DNA of 55,918 nucleotides, filler included, from Callorhinchus milii (GCF_018977255.1; 2 parts of 2 records of this genome joined end to end with filler, not necessarily neighbours in it), one strand, 5' to 3'. Positions 11,831 through 24,204 are shown, counted from the whole stretch's first letter. Numbers and translations: made by a program. Notes: generated by a model not told the origin, from the letters alone.

Positions 11831-13279
11831 TGCCATATCCGTCTGTGTCGCACGTTACAGTTTTGTACCATCAGGTACTGTATGTAACGGTAAACACGAT
11901 TCTAATGAGATTTGAACTCACACCACTCCCCTTTTCTGATTTCCCCCATTTCCGTAACAAGTCTGCACTGCCACAGCCTCTTCCCTCAAGTTCCTAAGAA
12001 AATTATCCACCTATTCAGTACATCCAGGCGGGATGACGCAAGATTCCCACATGACGTTATTTCTATCACTGCCCTCCATAAAATCCCGATTATTTGGAGC
12101 TGTGCAGGTCATTCCTCTCCTGCAGCACCTTCTGTGAAACCTTTACCAAAGAAGATCGAATTCAAAATCATTATCGTCCCTTTCAAAGATCTCAAAAGCC
12201 CTGCAGCTTCCTAACTCTGCGAATTTGATACTCAGCAGCGACCTCTCTAAGCGTTCTTCTCGACGGCCACGGGCCACATCCCCTTTCCCCCCTGTCTCAA
12301 CAACATATTTTGGAATTGCATCCCACATATCCATCGCCTCACCCCTTCCCTTTCCTCCATACAGAACAAGTCCTTTATTGGCCTCCTTCAGCTGTAAAAT
12401 ATTATAGTAAATAAACACCTAGGATAGTGAATCAACCAGCACCAATAAGGCAGACTGAAATTAGTGGAAAATGTCCGAAGATAGGGAGTCCAACAAAAAG
12501 AGAAAGAAAAGAAAAATGTATATAAGCTTGGGCAAAGGGGGTGGTCTTTGGAGATCTCTCCGGAGCAGACTGGGGTCGTGGAGCAGAAGGACTGGTAGTA
12601 TTGCTCTGTTATTTAATGCTACATTTTTTTAACAACGACAGTAATCAATTATAATTAATTATGATTACTTATAACCGCCGATGGAGCACCATCCGCCATC
12701 GGACTTCCTATGTGAGCAAGAATTCCCTTATCCTTGAGATATGGTTCTTTTATTAAGCGTGTACTTTCAGGAAAATAGAGCATTCTTACTCCTCCAGCTT
12801 TCTGAATCGGGAACTGTGTCTTTGCTCCATGTTGAATGTAAGATTTTTGTCATGTTTTATTTATGCATTGAGCTTGAGATGTAGATCTCTCTTCTTATTT
12901 GCTACAACGAGTTAAGTTTCATTGCTGGATGGTGAAGTTTAATGAGATTCAGGACAAGAACAACAAATTAGATATGTAAAGCGCTTTCACGTAAGGAGGA
13001 TGTCCCAAGTTGCTGCGCAATCAGGAACTTGGAGCTATGCAGAGGTTTGGGATCAGAGTGATGTAAGAGTGCATAAGAGCGGAGTTTAGAATACAGCAGA
13101 ACAGAGTAGAATATGCAGATAGAAACAGGCAATTCTGTCCAACTGGTCTATCCCGGTGTTTATGCTCCACATGAGCGTCCTCCTACCATTATTCCACTAA
13201 GCCTCGAAACATAAACTTTGATTCCTTTCTCCCTCCTAAACCCGTCTGGCTTCCCCTTAAATACATATATGCTATTTGC

Positions 13280-14640
13280 CGCAACAACTCCTTCATAACC
13301 TTACTGAAAGGGTTCGAAAAGGAAACGGAGGCAGGAGGAGGGAATTTAGGAAGCAACGACTTCCCAGTACCATGGAAACGAAAGTCCGTTGGGAGATGCG
13401 GCGGTTGTTGCAGATCTTCGATAGGTCGAAGGAATGTGCTTTTCAGGATACGGAATCGACAGCTCTTTTCAAGTGGATGACAACTGTGCCAGTGGACAAG
13501 GAGATGTCGATGCTCTATGTTAATGGTGGGGCAAGAAGTTGGAGCTAGTTAAGTTAAGATGACAGCGCTTCAGGTGTCAATGGATCAGATTTTTGGCTTC
13601 ATTTTTAATATGTTTTAGGTGACACACGGTCAAATGGGAAGAATGGATAGGGGTCGGAGTGTAAGGGAAGAAATAGCAGGGGTAAGTGCAGAGGAGGCTC
13701 AACGATTCCCCTGGACGTTGGACTCGTGGAAGTCCGGGATTTTCTCGTAATTGAAGTCACAGTTGGAGGAAATAGTGGGTAACGCATGAGGGGGTTGGCG
13801 GAGTGACCAATCTTCTTGGGAAATGTGGAGTCTTTAACCTCCAAGAATATTTTGAACACAAAGTTCGATTTGGGGAATGCGAGGGCACCACGGAATGCTT
13901 TGATATGCTCCAGCCATATCTGCCCATGGACTGATCAATTACGTTTGAAGTGGGTGGTAAGTCGGCAGATACTGGAGGTGGAAGTCGCCAAAGACGGGGA
14001 GCCTATCCCGTGTAACAGGCGCCATTTACAAAACTATACAAAACTACATTGGTATACCTACGTTCACGTCGAGAAGACGTCTCAAAGCTAAAGACTGTCA
14101 GGGATGTGAATCTGAGTAAGGTTGAGTGGTATTGGGAAAGGGAGTGCTGATGGCAGGCAGGCGAGGTGGGTGATAGAAGAGGACGGTCTTGAGATGCGCT
14201 TTGAAGGAGGCAAGGGACGGAGCGATGCGAACGGAATATGGTTAATGTTTAAGTTAAATTAGTTTAAGACTAAGGGCGGAGAGGCTGAACGATGTTGGGG
14301 CGATAGTGGGAAGTGAGCAGTTCGTTGATTGCTGATTAAAGAGAGTGAACAGGTTGGCAATGGATAAGGAAATATCAGAGCTATGAAGGGCAATGCTGCA
14401 GGTGGCTCTGAAGACAAGGACGGGGATTTTGAACTCGAGAGTCTGAGAGATGGGGATCCAGCGGATCCTGGCGACAATGTTGCTGATGGGGTTACGGAGC
14501 CTCGTGCGGGAGATCACATGAGCAGCAGATTTCTAGATGATCGGCAACTTGTGAATTGAAGGGTTGGGAAGGCCAGCAAGCAGGGAGTTGGCATGATATA
14601 AATGCAGGTTGTTGCTCAGGCGCTCAGATCAGAGGCAGCG
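13280..14640 (-). mobile_element. Decayed L2 LINE fragments
   Basis: Minus-strand translation SRTRLRNPISNIVARIRWIPISQTLEFKIPVLVF resembles the L2 ORF2 C-terminal 'L.WLP...RI.FK' region; purine-rich plus strand. Confidence 0.55.
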
Positions 14641-14749
14641 TTAAGAAAGATGGGTGGAGGTGTAAGAAAATAAGGTGGTGGAGGGTTTGTTCGGCGAGTG
14701 GGCAGTAAACGAGTAGAGTATTAAGGTAGTATTTGAAGTGCCCTAAATA

Positions 14750-15085
14750 TAAGAACATAAGAACATAAGAATTAGAAGCAGGAATCGGTCATTCGGCGCC
14801 TCGAGCCCTGCCCCGCCATTCGATAAGTTCATTCTGATCTTCTGACCTAACTCTAATTACGTGCCCTATTACCATAGTCCCTAATCCTTCAATTTTTTAA
14901 AAAATCTATCAGTCTCAGCCTTGAAAATGTTCAAGGACTGAGCATCTGCAGCCTTCCGGGGTAGTGAATTCCATAAATTGACACCTCTCTGAGTGAAGAA
15001 ATATTTCCTTAACTCTGCTCTAAAAGACTGACCATTAATTTTAAGAATTTGACCCCTGGTTATATACTCTCCTAAACAGGGGAAA
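14750..15085 (-). mobile_element. CR1 LINE 3' fragment
   Basis: TRGQILKINGQSFRAELRKYFFTQRGVNLWNSLP is a typical CR1 ORF2 C-terminus; (AAGAACAT)n tail on the plus strand. Confidence 0.85.
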
Positions 15086-15816
15086 CAAATGTGTCCTTTT
15101 GAGCCATTCAAAACAGTAATATGCATTCGAGAGGACTTAACACCATGTCGCACTGGTTTGCCCATTGATGATCGTGGTCTGTTCAGCATGAAAGCTCCAA
15201 AGGTGTTTCGACCTGCAGCAGAATAGTGGTCAATGAAGTGTTTCTATCCTTTCCGAAAATCCTGCAACAGCGATACAAAAACGTTCTGCTCAATTCCATC
15301 CAACATACGATTGATGAACACATTGAACGGCATGGGTGAACATGCTTTCACACTCTTTCAAGGAGGAGGAATTAAACGAGTCCATTCCCGATCCTTATTT
15401 GGATCTTCGAGTTAACGTACATATTATGCATAATATTTTTGCCAGATTTAGCCAATTTGGAGATTCATTTCCCTTCGTGTTGAATTTCATAATGCGAGCT
15501 TCATACGGCTTGAGCTCGAAATCTTACAGAAGACGGAGAACTTAATTTAGAGGGATTACCCCGAAGCTTACGATCTACGATTTGAAAGAAAGCAACAAGC
15601 TGTCTCAAATATTTATTAAGTGAACCGAAGAAACCCAATCGAGGAGTGCAGAAGGCAACAAAATTTTTTCATGTGTTGAATGACTTGGCAGAGCTCAGTC
15701 TCTCGAATTGCTTTGCTCCGCGTTGCTGCAAAAATTGTGACTATTGACCTTGTCTCGTCTGTGTATGAACGAAACCCAGCGAACACAGCATCTGTTCTTT
15801 ATTAAACATAATACGT

Positions 15817-16712
15817 TTATTTACAATGAATCAGAGTAAAAGGATATTTAAACACATACTTCAGATCCTTTCTAAACTTTGTTTGTGTCACCGCATATAT
15901 AAATGTGTTTGTACATGTGCTCAAAAGCTTAAGCATAAATCCCGTCTGTTGGAAGATATGTCGAGAGCTGTTGACTTTTGCTTGGTAATTGTAGTTTGTC
16001 ATTGGCCAGTTCAATGTATAGATAATATTCATCATCCATAATAGTAGAAAACTTGCTGATATACTAAAAAGTAAAAGTATGGATTTTCTTCGCTTTTCCA
16101 TCTCTGGATCTTTCTGTTTTTCCTTTTTCTCATTGACGCGGATTCTCCTACGGATCCTGCTGGCTAATAAGATGTGTCTGATGGTCAGAGCATTGAAGAG
16201 GGAAATCAAAAGAAATACAGCTAGAGGAGTAAACACTTGGTAGGACCATGTAAACACTCTCCATATTGGCAGAGCATAATAGCTTGATTTTGCAGTGCAG
16301 TAAAATGGGAAATTTTTAATGATCACCAAATGAGTAAATACAAAATACCAGGGAACACTTTGGGCACAGTTTATCACACTCACCGTTATAATAATGTTAG
16401 TAGCAGTTTTCATAGAGCAATATGTAATTTTCATCTTTTGACGGCAAATAGCCACAAAACGGTCGAAAGTGAAAGCAACTGTAAACCAGACAGAACATTC
16501 TGTGGCGAAAGCCAGCAGAACAACTCTGATACTGCACACGGGAGTGTAAAATAAGAAACTAACTGGGAAGTAAAAAATATTTATGCGATTGAATATTACA
16601 TCAGTGATAATGACCAGCAGATCTGCCGCTGCCATGGCGACCAAGTAGAGAGTGACGCCTTTGGAGAGACCGCATTTTCCGCGGGCGAGTATCAGAATCG
16701 CCAACAAGTTAA
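15817..16712 (-). CDS. GPR139-like GPCR gene B, distal copy of terminal exon 2 (no exon 1 of its own found)
   Basis: Intact 7TM frame with DRF and NTFIY; acceptor TCTTCATAG|TTAAC, phase 1. Confidence 0.88.
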
Positions 16713-17116
16713 CTATGAAGATAATAAGAAAAGCAAAATAACAATCAGAATCCCTAAAGAGTATTTGTTACAGGGACTTCAAATCTGTTAGAATAGGTTA
16801 TTTGTTCAATGGGTATCGTTGTTAGTGAGCTAGATAGGCAATCTTGCGACAGCAATATCCCCAAAGAAGCAACGAATCAATTGACCATTTTTTTTTGTAT
16901 AAAAATATTCATCAAGTGAACCGAAGAAAGGCCAAAAGAGGTGTGCAGAAAGCAAAAACAATTTGTCATGTCGTGATGAATGACTTGGCAGAGCTCAGTC
17001 TCTTCAATTGCTTCGCTCAGCGTTGCTGGGAAACCTCTGACAACTGACCTTGTCTCGTCTTTGTATGAATGAAACACAGCAAACACAGCATCCGTTCTTG
17101 GTTAAACATAATACAT

Positions 17117-18012
17117 TTATTTGCAGTGAATCAGAGTAAAAGGATATTTAAACACATATTTCAGATCATTTCTAAACTTCGTTTGTGTCACCGCATAGAT
17201 AAATGTGTTTGTACAGGCACTCAAAAGCTGAAGCATAAATCCTATCTTTTGGAAGATTTGTCGAGAGCTGTTGACTTGTGCTTGGTAATTGTAGTTTGTC
17301 ATTCGCCATCTTAATGTATAGATAATGGTCAATATCCATAAGAGTAGAAAACTTGCTGATATACTAAAAAGTAAAATAATGGATTTTCCTCGCTTTTCCA
17401 TCTCTGGATCTTTCTGTTTGTCCCCATTCTCATTGACCCGGATTCTCCTTCGGATCCTGCTGGCTAATAGAATGTGTCTGATGGTCAGAGCATTGAAGAG
17501 GGAAATCAAAATAAATACGACCAGAGGAGTGAATACTCGGAAGAACCATGTAAACACTCTCCATATTGGCAATATATGATAGCTTGGTTTTCCAATGCAG
17601 TAAAATGGGAAAAAATTTATGATCACCAAATGAGTAAATGCAAAATACCATGGAACACTTTGGGCACAGTTTATTACACTCACTGTTATTATAATGTAAA
17701 TAGCAGTTTTCACAGAGCAATATGTAACTTTCATTTTCTGACGACAAATAGCCACAAAACGATCGAAAGTGAAAGCAACTGTAAACCAGACAGAACATTG
17801 TGTGGCGAACGCCAGCAGAACAACTCTGATACTGCACACGGGAGTGTAAAATAAGAAACTAATTGGGAAATAAAAAATATTTATGCGATTGAATATTACA
17901 TCAGTAATAATGACCATCAGATCTGCCGCTGCCATGGCTACCAAGTAGATAGTGACGCCTTTGGAGAGACCGCATTTTCCCCGGGCGAGGATCAGAATCG
18001 CCAACAAGTTAA
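17117..18012 (-). CDS. GPR139-like GPCR gene B, proximal copy of terminal exon 2
   Basis: Intact 7TM frame; acceptor TCTTCACAG|TTAAC, phase 1; about 38 of 296 aa differ from the distal copy (manual count). Confidence 0.92.
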
Positions 18013-18610
18013 CTGTGAAGATAGGAAGAAAAGCGAAAAAGCAATCATAATCCTTGAAGAGTATTTGTTACAGGGACTTCGAATCTGTTAGAATAGGTTA
18101 TTCATATAATTAGTATCGTTGCTAGCGAGGTAGATAGTCAATCTTGCGACAGCAATATCCCCAAAGAAGCAATGAATCAATTGACCAATTTTCTTTGTGT
18201 GGTTGTTTGCCAGAACACCGGGCCACATGTCATTCTCAATTCAAAGTGTCATTGTTCTTTTAAAGCAACCGACCTGCCAAATAGGACGTCTGTCCCATTG
18301 GAAAGAAGGCACATCCAACAATGCAAAGCATTTGCAATACTGCACTCCTGTGTCAGCCTAGACTATGTGTATTACAGTACTGTAGGAACCACTTGAACTG
18401 GTTCAATGTTGACATGCATCGCAAAATATTGCTGGAAACGAGCCAGGTGCTTTATCAGAGATGCGGTACTTCAGATGAAATTTTGAATCCAGTTACCATG
18501 ATCTGAAGGACTGCATCTCTAATGATGTATCTCTTCTCAGCATTGCAATGTGAGCCTTGATTGTGAGTTCAATGTACCAAAATGGAGCTTGAAGTGACAT
18601 TCTAGAATCG

Positions 18611-18940
18611 GGGGAGTGGCCGGCAGAGGATCGAGATTCGCTGATCTCATTCAGCGTATGCATTGTGGTTGTTGCTGGACAATAATCAAAGATTGTTGCC
18701 TGTTGGATGTCTGACGTATTCCGAAATCCAAATAAGAGTTCCTCATATATATGCCGCAAACACAGGGAAATTTTCGTCGCCTGGAATGCGAAGGACAATC
18801 TCTCCTTCGATGTTTGCATCCGCCAATCCAAATACCCAAGTTTACAACGCGCAGAATGGGGAGTGGCCGGAGAAGGTCGAGATTTGCCGATCTCACTCAG
18901 CGTATGTATTGCAGTATTGCTGGACAATAATCATAGATGG
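18611..18940. repeat. Imperfect ~85-bp direct repeat pair within the gene B intron
   Basis: GGGGAGTGGCCGG...GATCTCA.TCAGCGTATG...TTGCTGGACAATAATCA at 18611-18695 and 18858-18940. Confidence 0.85.
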
Positions 18941-19344
18941 CAATTAAAAATACTGTATGGGCTGCTTTGCTGCTCCATCACTATCCCGCAACACCTTACG
19001 TGTTAGCGATTCGGCTTTCAGGGTTAACAGGTGCAGGAGGAATCAAACCCTAGGTCCAACTGATGAGCCAGTCTGACTCAGCTGACATATCATCAGCAAT
19101 AATTTTATTTAATACAGCTCCGACTTCCGACTCAGGAACCTGTCCAAGCAACCAGAATATCGACACTGCCAGAGGATTGACTGGGTTCTGAAATTCGTTT
19201 CCCAAGTATTTCTTATTGGAACCAGTCGAGTTCCAAGGAGATCCCACTTACCTTCAACCGAGAGTTTTCACTGAGCCAGGCAGAACAACAATTATCAGGA
19301 TGCACAGCGAGTTCCATAATAATTCATACGATAAAATATCTTAC

Positions 19345-19414
19345 CAGGAACTCCAACGATTGCAAGAATTGGGTAGTAAATTATTTCCACGTCATAAATG
19401 GTTAAATATACCAT
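19345..19414 (-). CDS. GPR139-like GPCR gene B, exon 1 (MVYLTIYDVEIIYYPILAIVGVP)
   Basis: 70-nt exon with ATG at 19414 and a strong CCTG|GTAAGA donor; phase 1 fits both exon-2 copies (321-aa products). Confidence 0.92.
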
Positions 19415-19729
19415 GTTTTCCGAAAGACAAGCACACGCGCGTTCCTATTGCAGAATGACATGGCAGCACGAAACGATCTTTATAATAACGGAAAGCCTCC
19501 AGGGAAGAATTAATTGGTATCATCACTGATATTATTTTCCAGTCATTGAACACACATATGGCAAACAAAACAACTCTCTGATATGTGAAAAAGAAGATCA
19601 GAAAAAATATGAACTACAAACTGCGAATTTCTCTATCAATTGTCGGGGAAATATATTTACTTTTACTTTAGAATGGTGAGATCCATCAATTGTCTGTCTT
19701 AAGTTTTTTATTCGCAGATCTTGTTATGC

Positions 19730-20100
19730 ATATAAGATTCCTAAAGGGCTGGATAAAGTAGTCACTAAGGGTCTGTTTCCCCTTTTAGGAGAATCTGTAA
19801 CCAGGAGTCTCAGTCTTAGAGTTAAGCGTCAGCCTTTTAGAACAGAGTTGACGAAGTATTTCTTCACTCTGAGGATAGTAGATTTATGGAATTCGCTACA
19901 AAGAAGGCTGTAGATGATCAGTTCTTGAATATTTTCAAGGCTGAGACTGATAAAAAAAACATAGAGGGATGCGGAGATATGGGGATAGGGCAGGTAATTA
20001 AAGTTAGGTCAAAAGATAAGCCATCTTATGATAGAATGGCGGGGCACAGCTCTCGGGGCAGAATGGTCGACTCCTGCTCCTAGTTATTATGTTCTTTTGT
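19730..20100 (+). mobile_element. CR1 LINE 3' fragment
   Basis: Same family as 14750-15085 (TATTTCTTCACT, TTTATGGAATTC, TTCAAGGCTGAGACTGAT, ...CTCCTGCTCCTA.TT.TTATGTTCTT). Confidence 0.8.
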
Positions 20101-20176
20101 TCTAACATTCTTAAGGCGTCACAAAAATAACAAAATGTTTGAGAAAGTAGAGACTTAGAGTATGGGAGACTCAGTG

Positions 20177-20196
20177 TATGTGTGTCTGTGTGTGTG

Positions 20197-20234
<38 letters not shown>

Positions 20235-20329
20235 AGAGAGAGAGAGCGAGAGAGAGAGAGAGAGAGAGTGAGATTGAGGAGAGAGAGAGCGAGAGAGAGA
20301 GAGAGGGAGAAAGAAAGAAAGAAAGAAAG

Positions 20330-20402
<73 letters not shown>
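20177..20402. repeat. Compound microsatellite (TG)n-(GA)n-(GAAA)n
   Basis: Directly visible. Confidence 0.98.
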
Positions 20403-20403
<1 letters not shown>

Positions 20404-20478
20404 TTTTTTTTTACTTGCGTTCGAAATGTCAATCATCAGATCTTATTAAACATATAAGATTCTTAAACATATAACATT

Positions 20479-20695
20479 CACTAAGGGTCTGTTTCCCCTG
20501 GTAGGATGCTCAGTCCTTGAACATTTTCAAGGCTGAGACTGATGGTTATTTAAAAAAATAGAGGGATTTGGGAATATGAGGATAGGGCAGGTAATTAGAG
20601 TTAGGTCAGAAGATCAAGCATGGTATTTTCGAAAGGTGGGGCACGCTCGATGGGCCGAATGGCCTCCTCCTGCTCCTAATTCTTATGTTCTTTTG
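20479..20695 (+). mobile_element. Internally deleted CR1 3' fragment
   Basis: Aligns to 19763-19790 joined to 19915-20100. Confidence 0.75.
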
Positions 20696-20760
20696 TGGTA
20701 ACTTTCTTAAAACAACAATTTACAATGGTTATTATCTTTCATACCGGGAAGAGGACTCAC

Positions 20761-20762
<2 letters not shown>

Positions 20763-20800
<38 letters not shown>

Positions 20801-21103
20801 TCTTGCATTGGATATAGCGCTTTTCACGATGGGAGGACGTCCCAAAGCGCTTCACCGAACACACTGTAAAGAGAATTGACTGTATATTTGTGGACGAACG
20901 CGGTAGCCAATTGCGCACAGCAATGTCCCACAAACAGCCGTAGATTGAAAATGACAAAATTATTATTGTTTTTGGTTTTAGAGGGATTAATATTAAGCGT
21001 GTGGAATAAGGAAACTTGCCCAAGGTTTCGCCCTCTGCCTGGAATTAAACTCAGGTCTCTCGCTTGCAAAGCGAGTGCTCTAACCAGTGTGCTACAGGAC
21101 TCC
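20763..21103 (-). mobile_element. tRNA-derived Deu-type SINE, well preserved, long (TTA)n tail
   Basis: Head GGAGTCCTGTAGCACACTGGTTAGAGCACTCGCTTTGCAAGCGAGA (tRNA-Ala-like TGC); full-length alignment to 303-627. Confidence 0.9.
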
Positions 21104-21698
21104 ATATATAAAGGACATTTGTGAACTTCGACTGGAAGCGCTCATTTCGGATGTGCACAGTCGTGGGAATTAGCGTGATCCTAAAAGGAAAACTGAATGA
21201 GAGAACACGAGTTTGTTGAAACAACATAATGCAATATTCAAAGACTGTGAGCTGCATCAGGAGGAGATGGAAGCCTGAAACCCATATTATATACATGGTA
21301 AATAAAAAGCGCAAATGTATGAGCACATAAAAATTTCTAGACGACAGAAGGAAAACAACCACTGCGTTTGTCTTCCACCATCGAGTTTACCTTCCAATCA
21401 ACTGAGCGACAGAGACTTCTGTATATATCTAATTGCAAGAGAAATACACCTTTTGATTCATATAATAGCTGTTACAGTCTAGCACTGGGTGATGAGAAAT
21501 GACAACATTTGTAAGAGAGACATTGAAAGATAAAATCTGAATACAACCAGAAGCACTGACCGTTGTGTGACGTGGTACTGTTTGCTCCTCCGTCTTCGTG
21601 TTCTCCCACAACAGATATTTCCATGAAGTACAAATGGCTTCAAAACTTGATTTAGATCAAATCAGCAAATAATTTTGGAACAATATTCTTTTGTACAG

Positions 21699-22013
21699 GG
21701 CGTACTGTAGCTCAGTTGTGAGAGCATTCGCCTTGCAAGCGAGACACCTTCCAGGCAGGGCGAAACCTTGGGCAAGTTTCCTTACTCCACGCGCCTATGA
21801 ATAATAATACCTTGAAAAAAAGAAACAACAATTAATTGGTCATTTTAAATCCACGAATCTTTGTGGGACTGCTGTGCGCAATTCGCTTCCCCGTTTCGCC
21901 AACGAAAATACGTCACTTCACTTTACATTATACTTTGTGAAGCGCTTTGGGACTTCTCGAAGACATGAACAGCGCTGTATCAAATGCAAGGTTTATTTTT
22001 ATTTATTATTATT
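21699..22013 (+). mobile_element. tRNA-derived Deu-type SINE (B-box region deleted)
   Basis: Aligns with the other three copies. Confidence 0.85.
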
Positions 22014-22159
22014 GTAGAATAATTTGAAATTTAGTAGGAAATACCGGACTTACGTATCCGCAGACAACAATCAGTTATTTTATTCACGCTCAGCTGGAAT
22101 GCTTTACAAATAAATATTCCCAAAATGCTGAATGATTCTTGAAAAAGCTACAGACAAAA

Positions 22160-22225
22160 GTTTCTGTGGGGCAATTGATTAGGGAGTTAACTGAAAGGTT
22201 GGTGGTTCAAGCCCACCCAGGCACG
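22160..22225 (+). pseudogene. tRNA-Asn(GTT) pseudogene
   Basis: GTTTCTGTGGGGCAATTGATTAG...GTTAACTGAAAGGTTGGTGGTTCAAGCCCACCCAGGCACG; the 5' anticodon stem is deleted. Confidence 0.8.
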
Positions 22226-22669
22226 ATCCTCTCCTGAAATAAATATATTATTTTTCAATTCTTTCTTTGCACTTGAAATAAATCACGAAAAATGTGATTG
22301 GCTCTGCTGTCTTTATTTTCAAAATATTCCAAAACACTCGCTTGGTTCATTGATAAATTGGAACAGATATCACTTTCTCTTGGAAATTCAACGATTCTTC
22401 ATCCTATCTTCCAGAAGCATTTTCCTCTTGCCGATTAATGGCATTGTTGGAGATGGAGGGGTGAAACTATTCTTTGCTGGTATCAAAGTGGTCGTTCGGC
22501 CAATGACACTAACGCATTCTGAGGGTATTGCCTCACGAACAAAAACGTTGGCTGCTGATTTAGTCAATGGCAGAAGGTGTCATTTTGTCAGTTTCTGCAA
22601 ACAGCACTATCAGTTCAGAATTCACATCTGATCTGGACAATGTACAAGATGAACAAGATCATAAGGATT

Positions 22670-22751
22670 TGATAGCGGTGGGATTCGAACCCACGTCCCC
22701 GAAGGGACTGGAGCCTAAATCCAGCGCCTTAGACCGCTCGGCCACGCTACC
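22670..22751 (-). tRNA. tRNA-Leu(TAG)
   Basis: GGTAGCGTGGCCGAGCGGTCTAAGGCGCTGGATTTAGGCTCCAGTCCCTTCGGGGACGTGGGTTCGAATCCCACCGCTATCA; 82 nt; full cloverleaf with long variable arm. Confidence 0.95.
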
Positions 22752-23159
22752 CCTTATCTGGAAAACAAATTACACGGTCATATTTCACTATTCATGTGAA
22801 ACGTTTCTCCGGCCATGACATATTGTGCATTGTTGGGCAATCTGGTAACGTTGGTTTAGCAACAGAGTACCGACGTTAGCGAACTCATCAACAATTTCAA
22901 TACTTTTTAAACCAATATTCAAACAAAGCTCGTGGAGAAGCGTTTGATTTTGATTCATTTCTGTATAGCAAGCAGCTCTATGAAGTTTCCGTACGCCTGA
23001 CGGTTGGAAAACTGCTGAAAAGATGTATTTAACTTTTGTATTAAAAAAATCACATCACACTATACAGGGTGGTTGTGTTAGACGTGAAGCTCCAAAGAAG
23101 GGGACAACAGAATTAAAGCAAGGAGAATTGGATGATTAGAGCTTTACAGTGAAAATTGA

Positions 23160-23325
23160 AGATAGACAGACAGACAGAAGGACAGACAGACAAACGGCAG
23201 ACAGACAGACAGCAGAGAGAGAGAGGCACGCAGGCAGGCAGGTTAGTAGGTAGGTAGGTAGGTCGGTAGGATGGTATGTTGGTAGACAGAGACAGATGCT
23301 GAGATAGAGAAAGAGATAGAGAGAA
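23160..23325. repeat. Degenerate tetranucleotide microsatellite (GACA/GGCA/GGTA/GA)
   Basis: Directly visible. Confidence 0.9.
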
Positions 23326-24204
23326 AATGCATTTAATTTCAATAAATATTTCAGTAACATCCATGTGTCCGAGTGACGCATGGAATTCTCAGTTGGTATG
23401 GACATGTTTAGCATGTTGATGGGTTGCCAACTGACAGAAAAATACATAACCCATATTAACCGCCATTTTGAAACTGCACAATTTAATTGTACAACCGAAT
23501 ATCCTTTTCAACAATTGTTCTTTTCTTTCCCCCCAAAGCGTCGTTTTTCCTTATTTCTCTATATCTTCTTAGGCGTTTTTATTTAACCATATTAACTTCT
23601 TTATTTAAATCATCACAACCGCTATCATCCAATGTTTGTGCTGCTGGTGAGCACTGCAAAATCTGTGTAAAGAGACATATCAAAATCATTTTGTCATTTT
23701 CTAGATGCTCACAATTATTAATCAGACTTATCTTTTCGTGCGACTTCACGTGCGCCAAAAGAGCATCGCCCTGTTTTTTCATCATCCCTAAGGTTTCACT
23801 GAAGATTTCTTAGCCATCGCTTCACAAACAATAAACTCTCCTTTACTGTCTTCACCATCACTTCCAACATATGAAGCACAATTGGAGTGGTTTAACACCT
23901 CTATCATCCCCCTCTGTATACCTTGCTATGTCTGTTTCTTCCATTTTTGTACGTCTCCTGCCCTACTGACGCGTTAAATCGACTCGTGTGTTGCATCACG
24001 GAACCCAACCTAAATCAAAATAACAATGGACTTCTTCTCCAACCTGAGAGCATCCAGATTGCGGTTCTTACTGACTGAGTAATTCCGACAACAGTAGTCT
24101 GAGAGAATTTGTATTGTTTGGACGTCTAAATATTTTTTTTAAATTCAGATACCCTTTGAAGTACAAATTTGAATGAAAAGTGTGACTTATCATTTAATTG
24201 TTCC

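Larger units (their letters stand above)
15600..18195. repeat. Tandem direct duplication with a 1300-bp period, containing only the GPCR terminal exon and short flanks
   Basis: Stop codons at 15817/17117 and exon starts at 16712/18012 are exactly 1300 bp apart; flanks align (15605~16902; 16885~18185). Confidence 0.93.

Noticed and set aside
16713..16890. A private exon 1 for the distal GPCR exon (GTCCCT|GTAACA near 16770)
   Set aside because: Wrong phase, an intron of only about 60 nt, no YYP-like peptide or suitable ATG, and the same sequence is intronic in the proximal copy
6277..18007. The GPCR ORFs as intronless genes starting at the ORF-track 'M'
   Set aside because: Those starts are GTG/TTG at or next to splice acceptors, and TM1 is incomplete without the upstream 70-nt exons
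20004..20474. RE/KERK-rich and FLS-rich ORFs
   Set aside because: Translations of the (GA)n/(GAAA)n microsatellite
23579..23900. Coding-looking stretches (also 1249-1690, 4376-4753, 15100-15550, 26737-27060)
   Set aside because: No identifiable motifs or consistent splice structure; could be old TE or pseudogene debris, would need BLASTx
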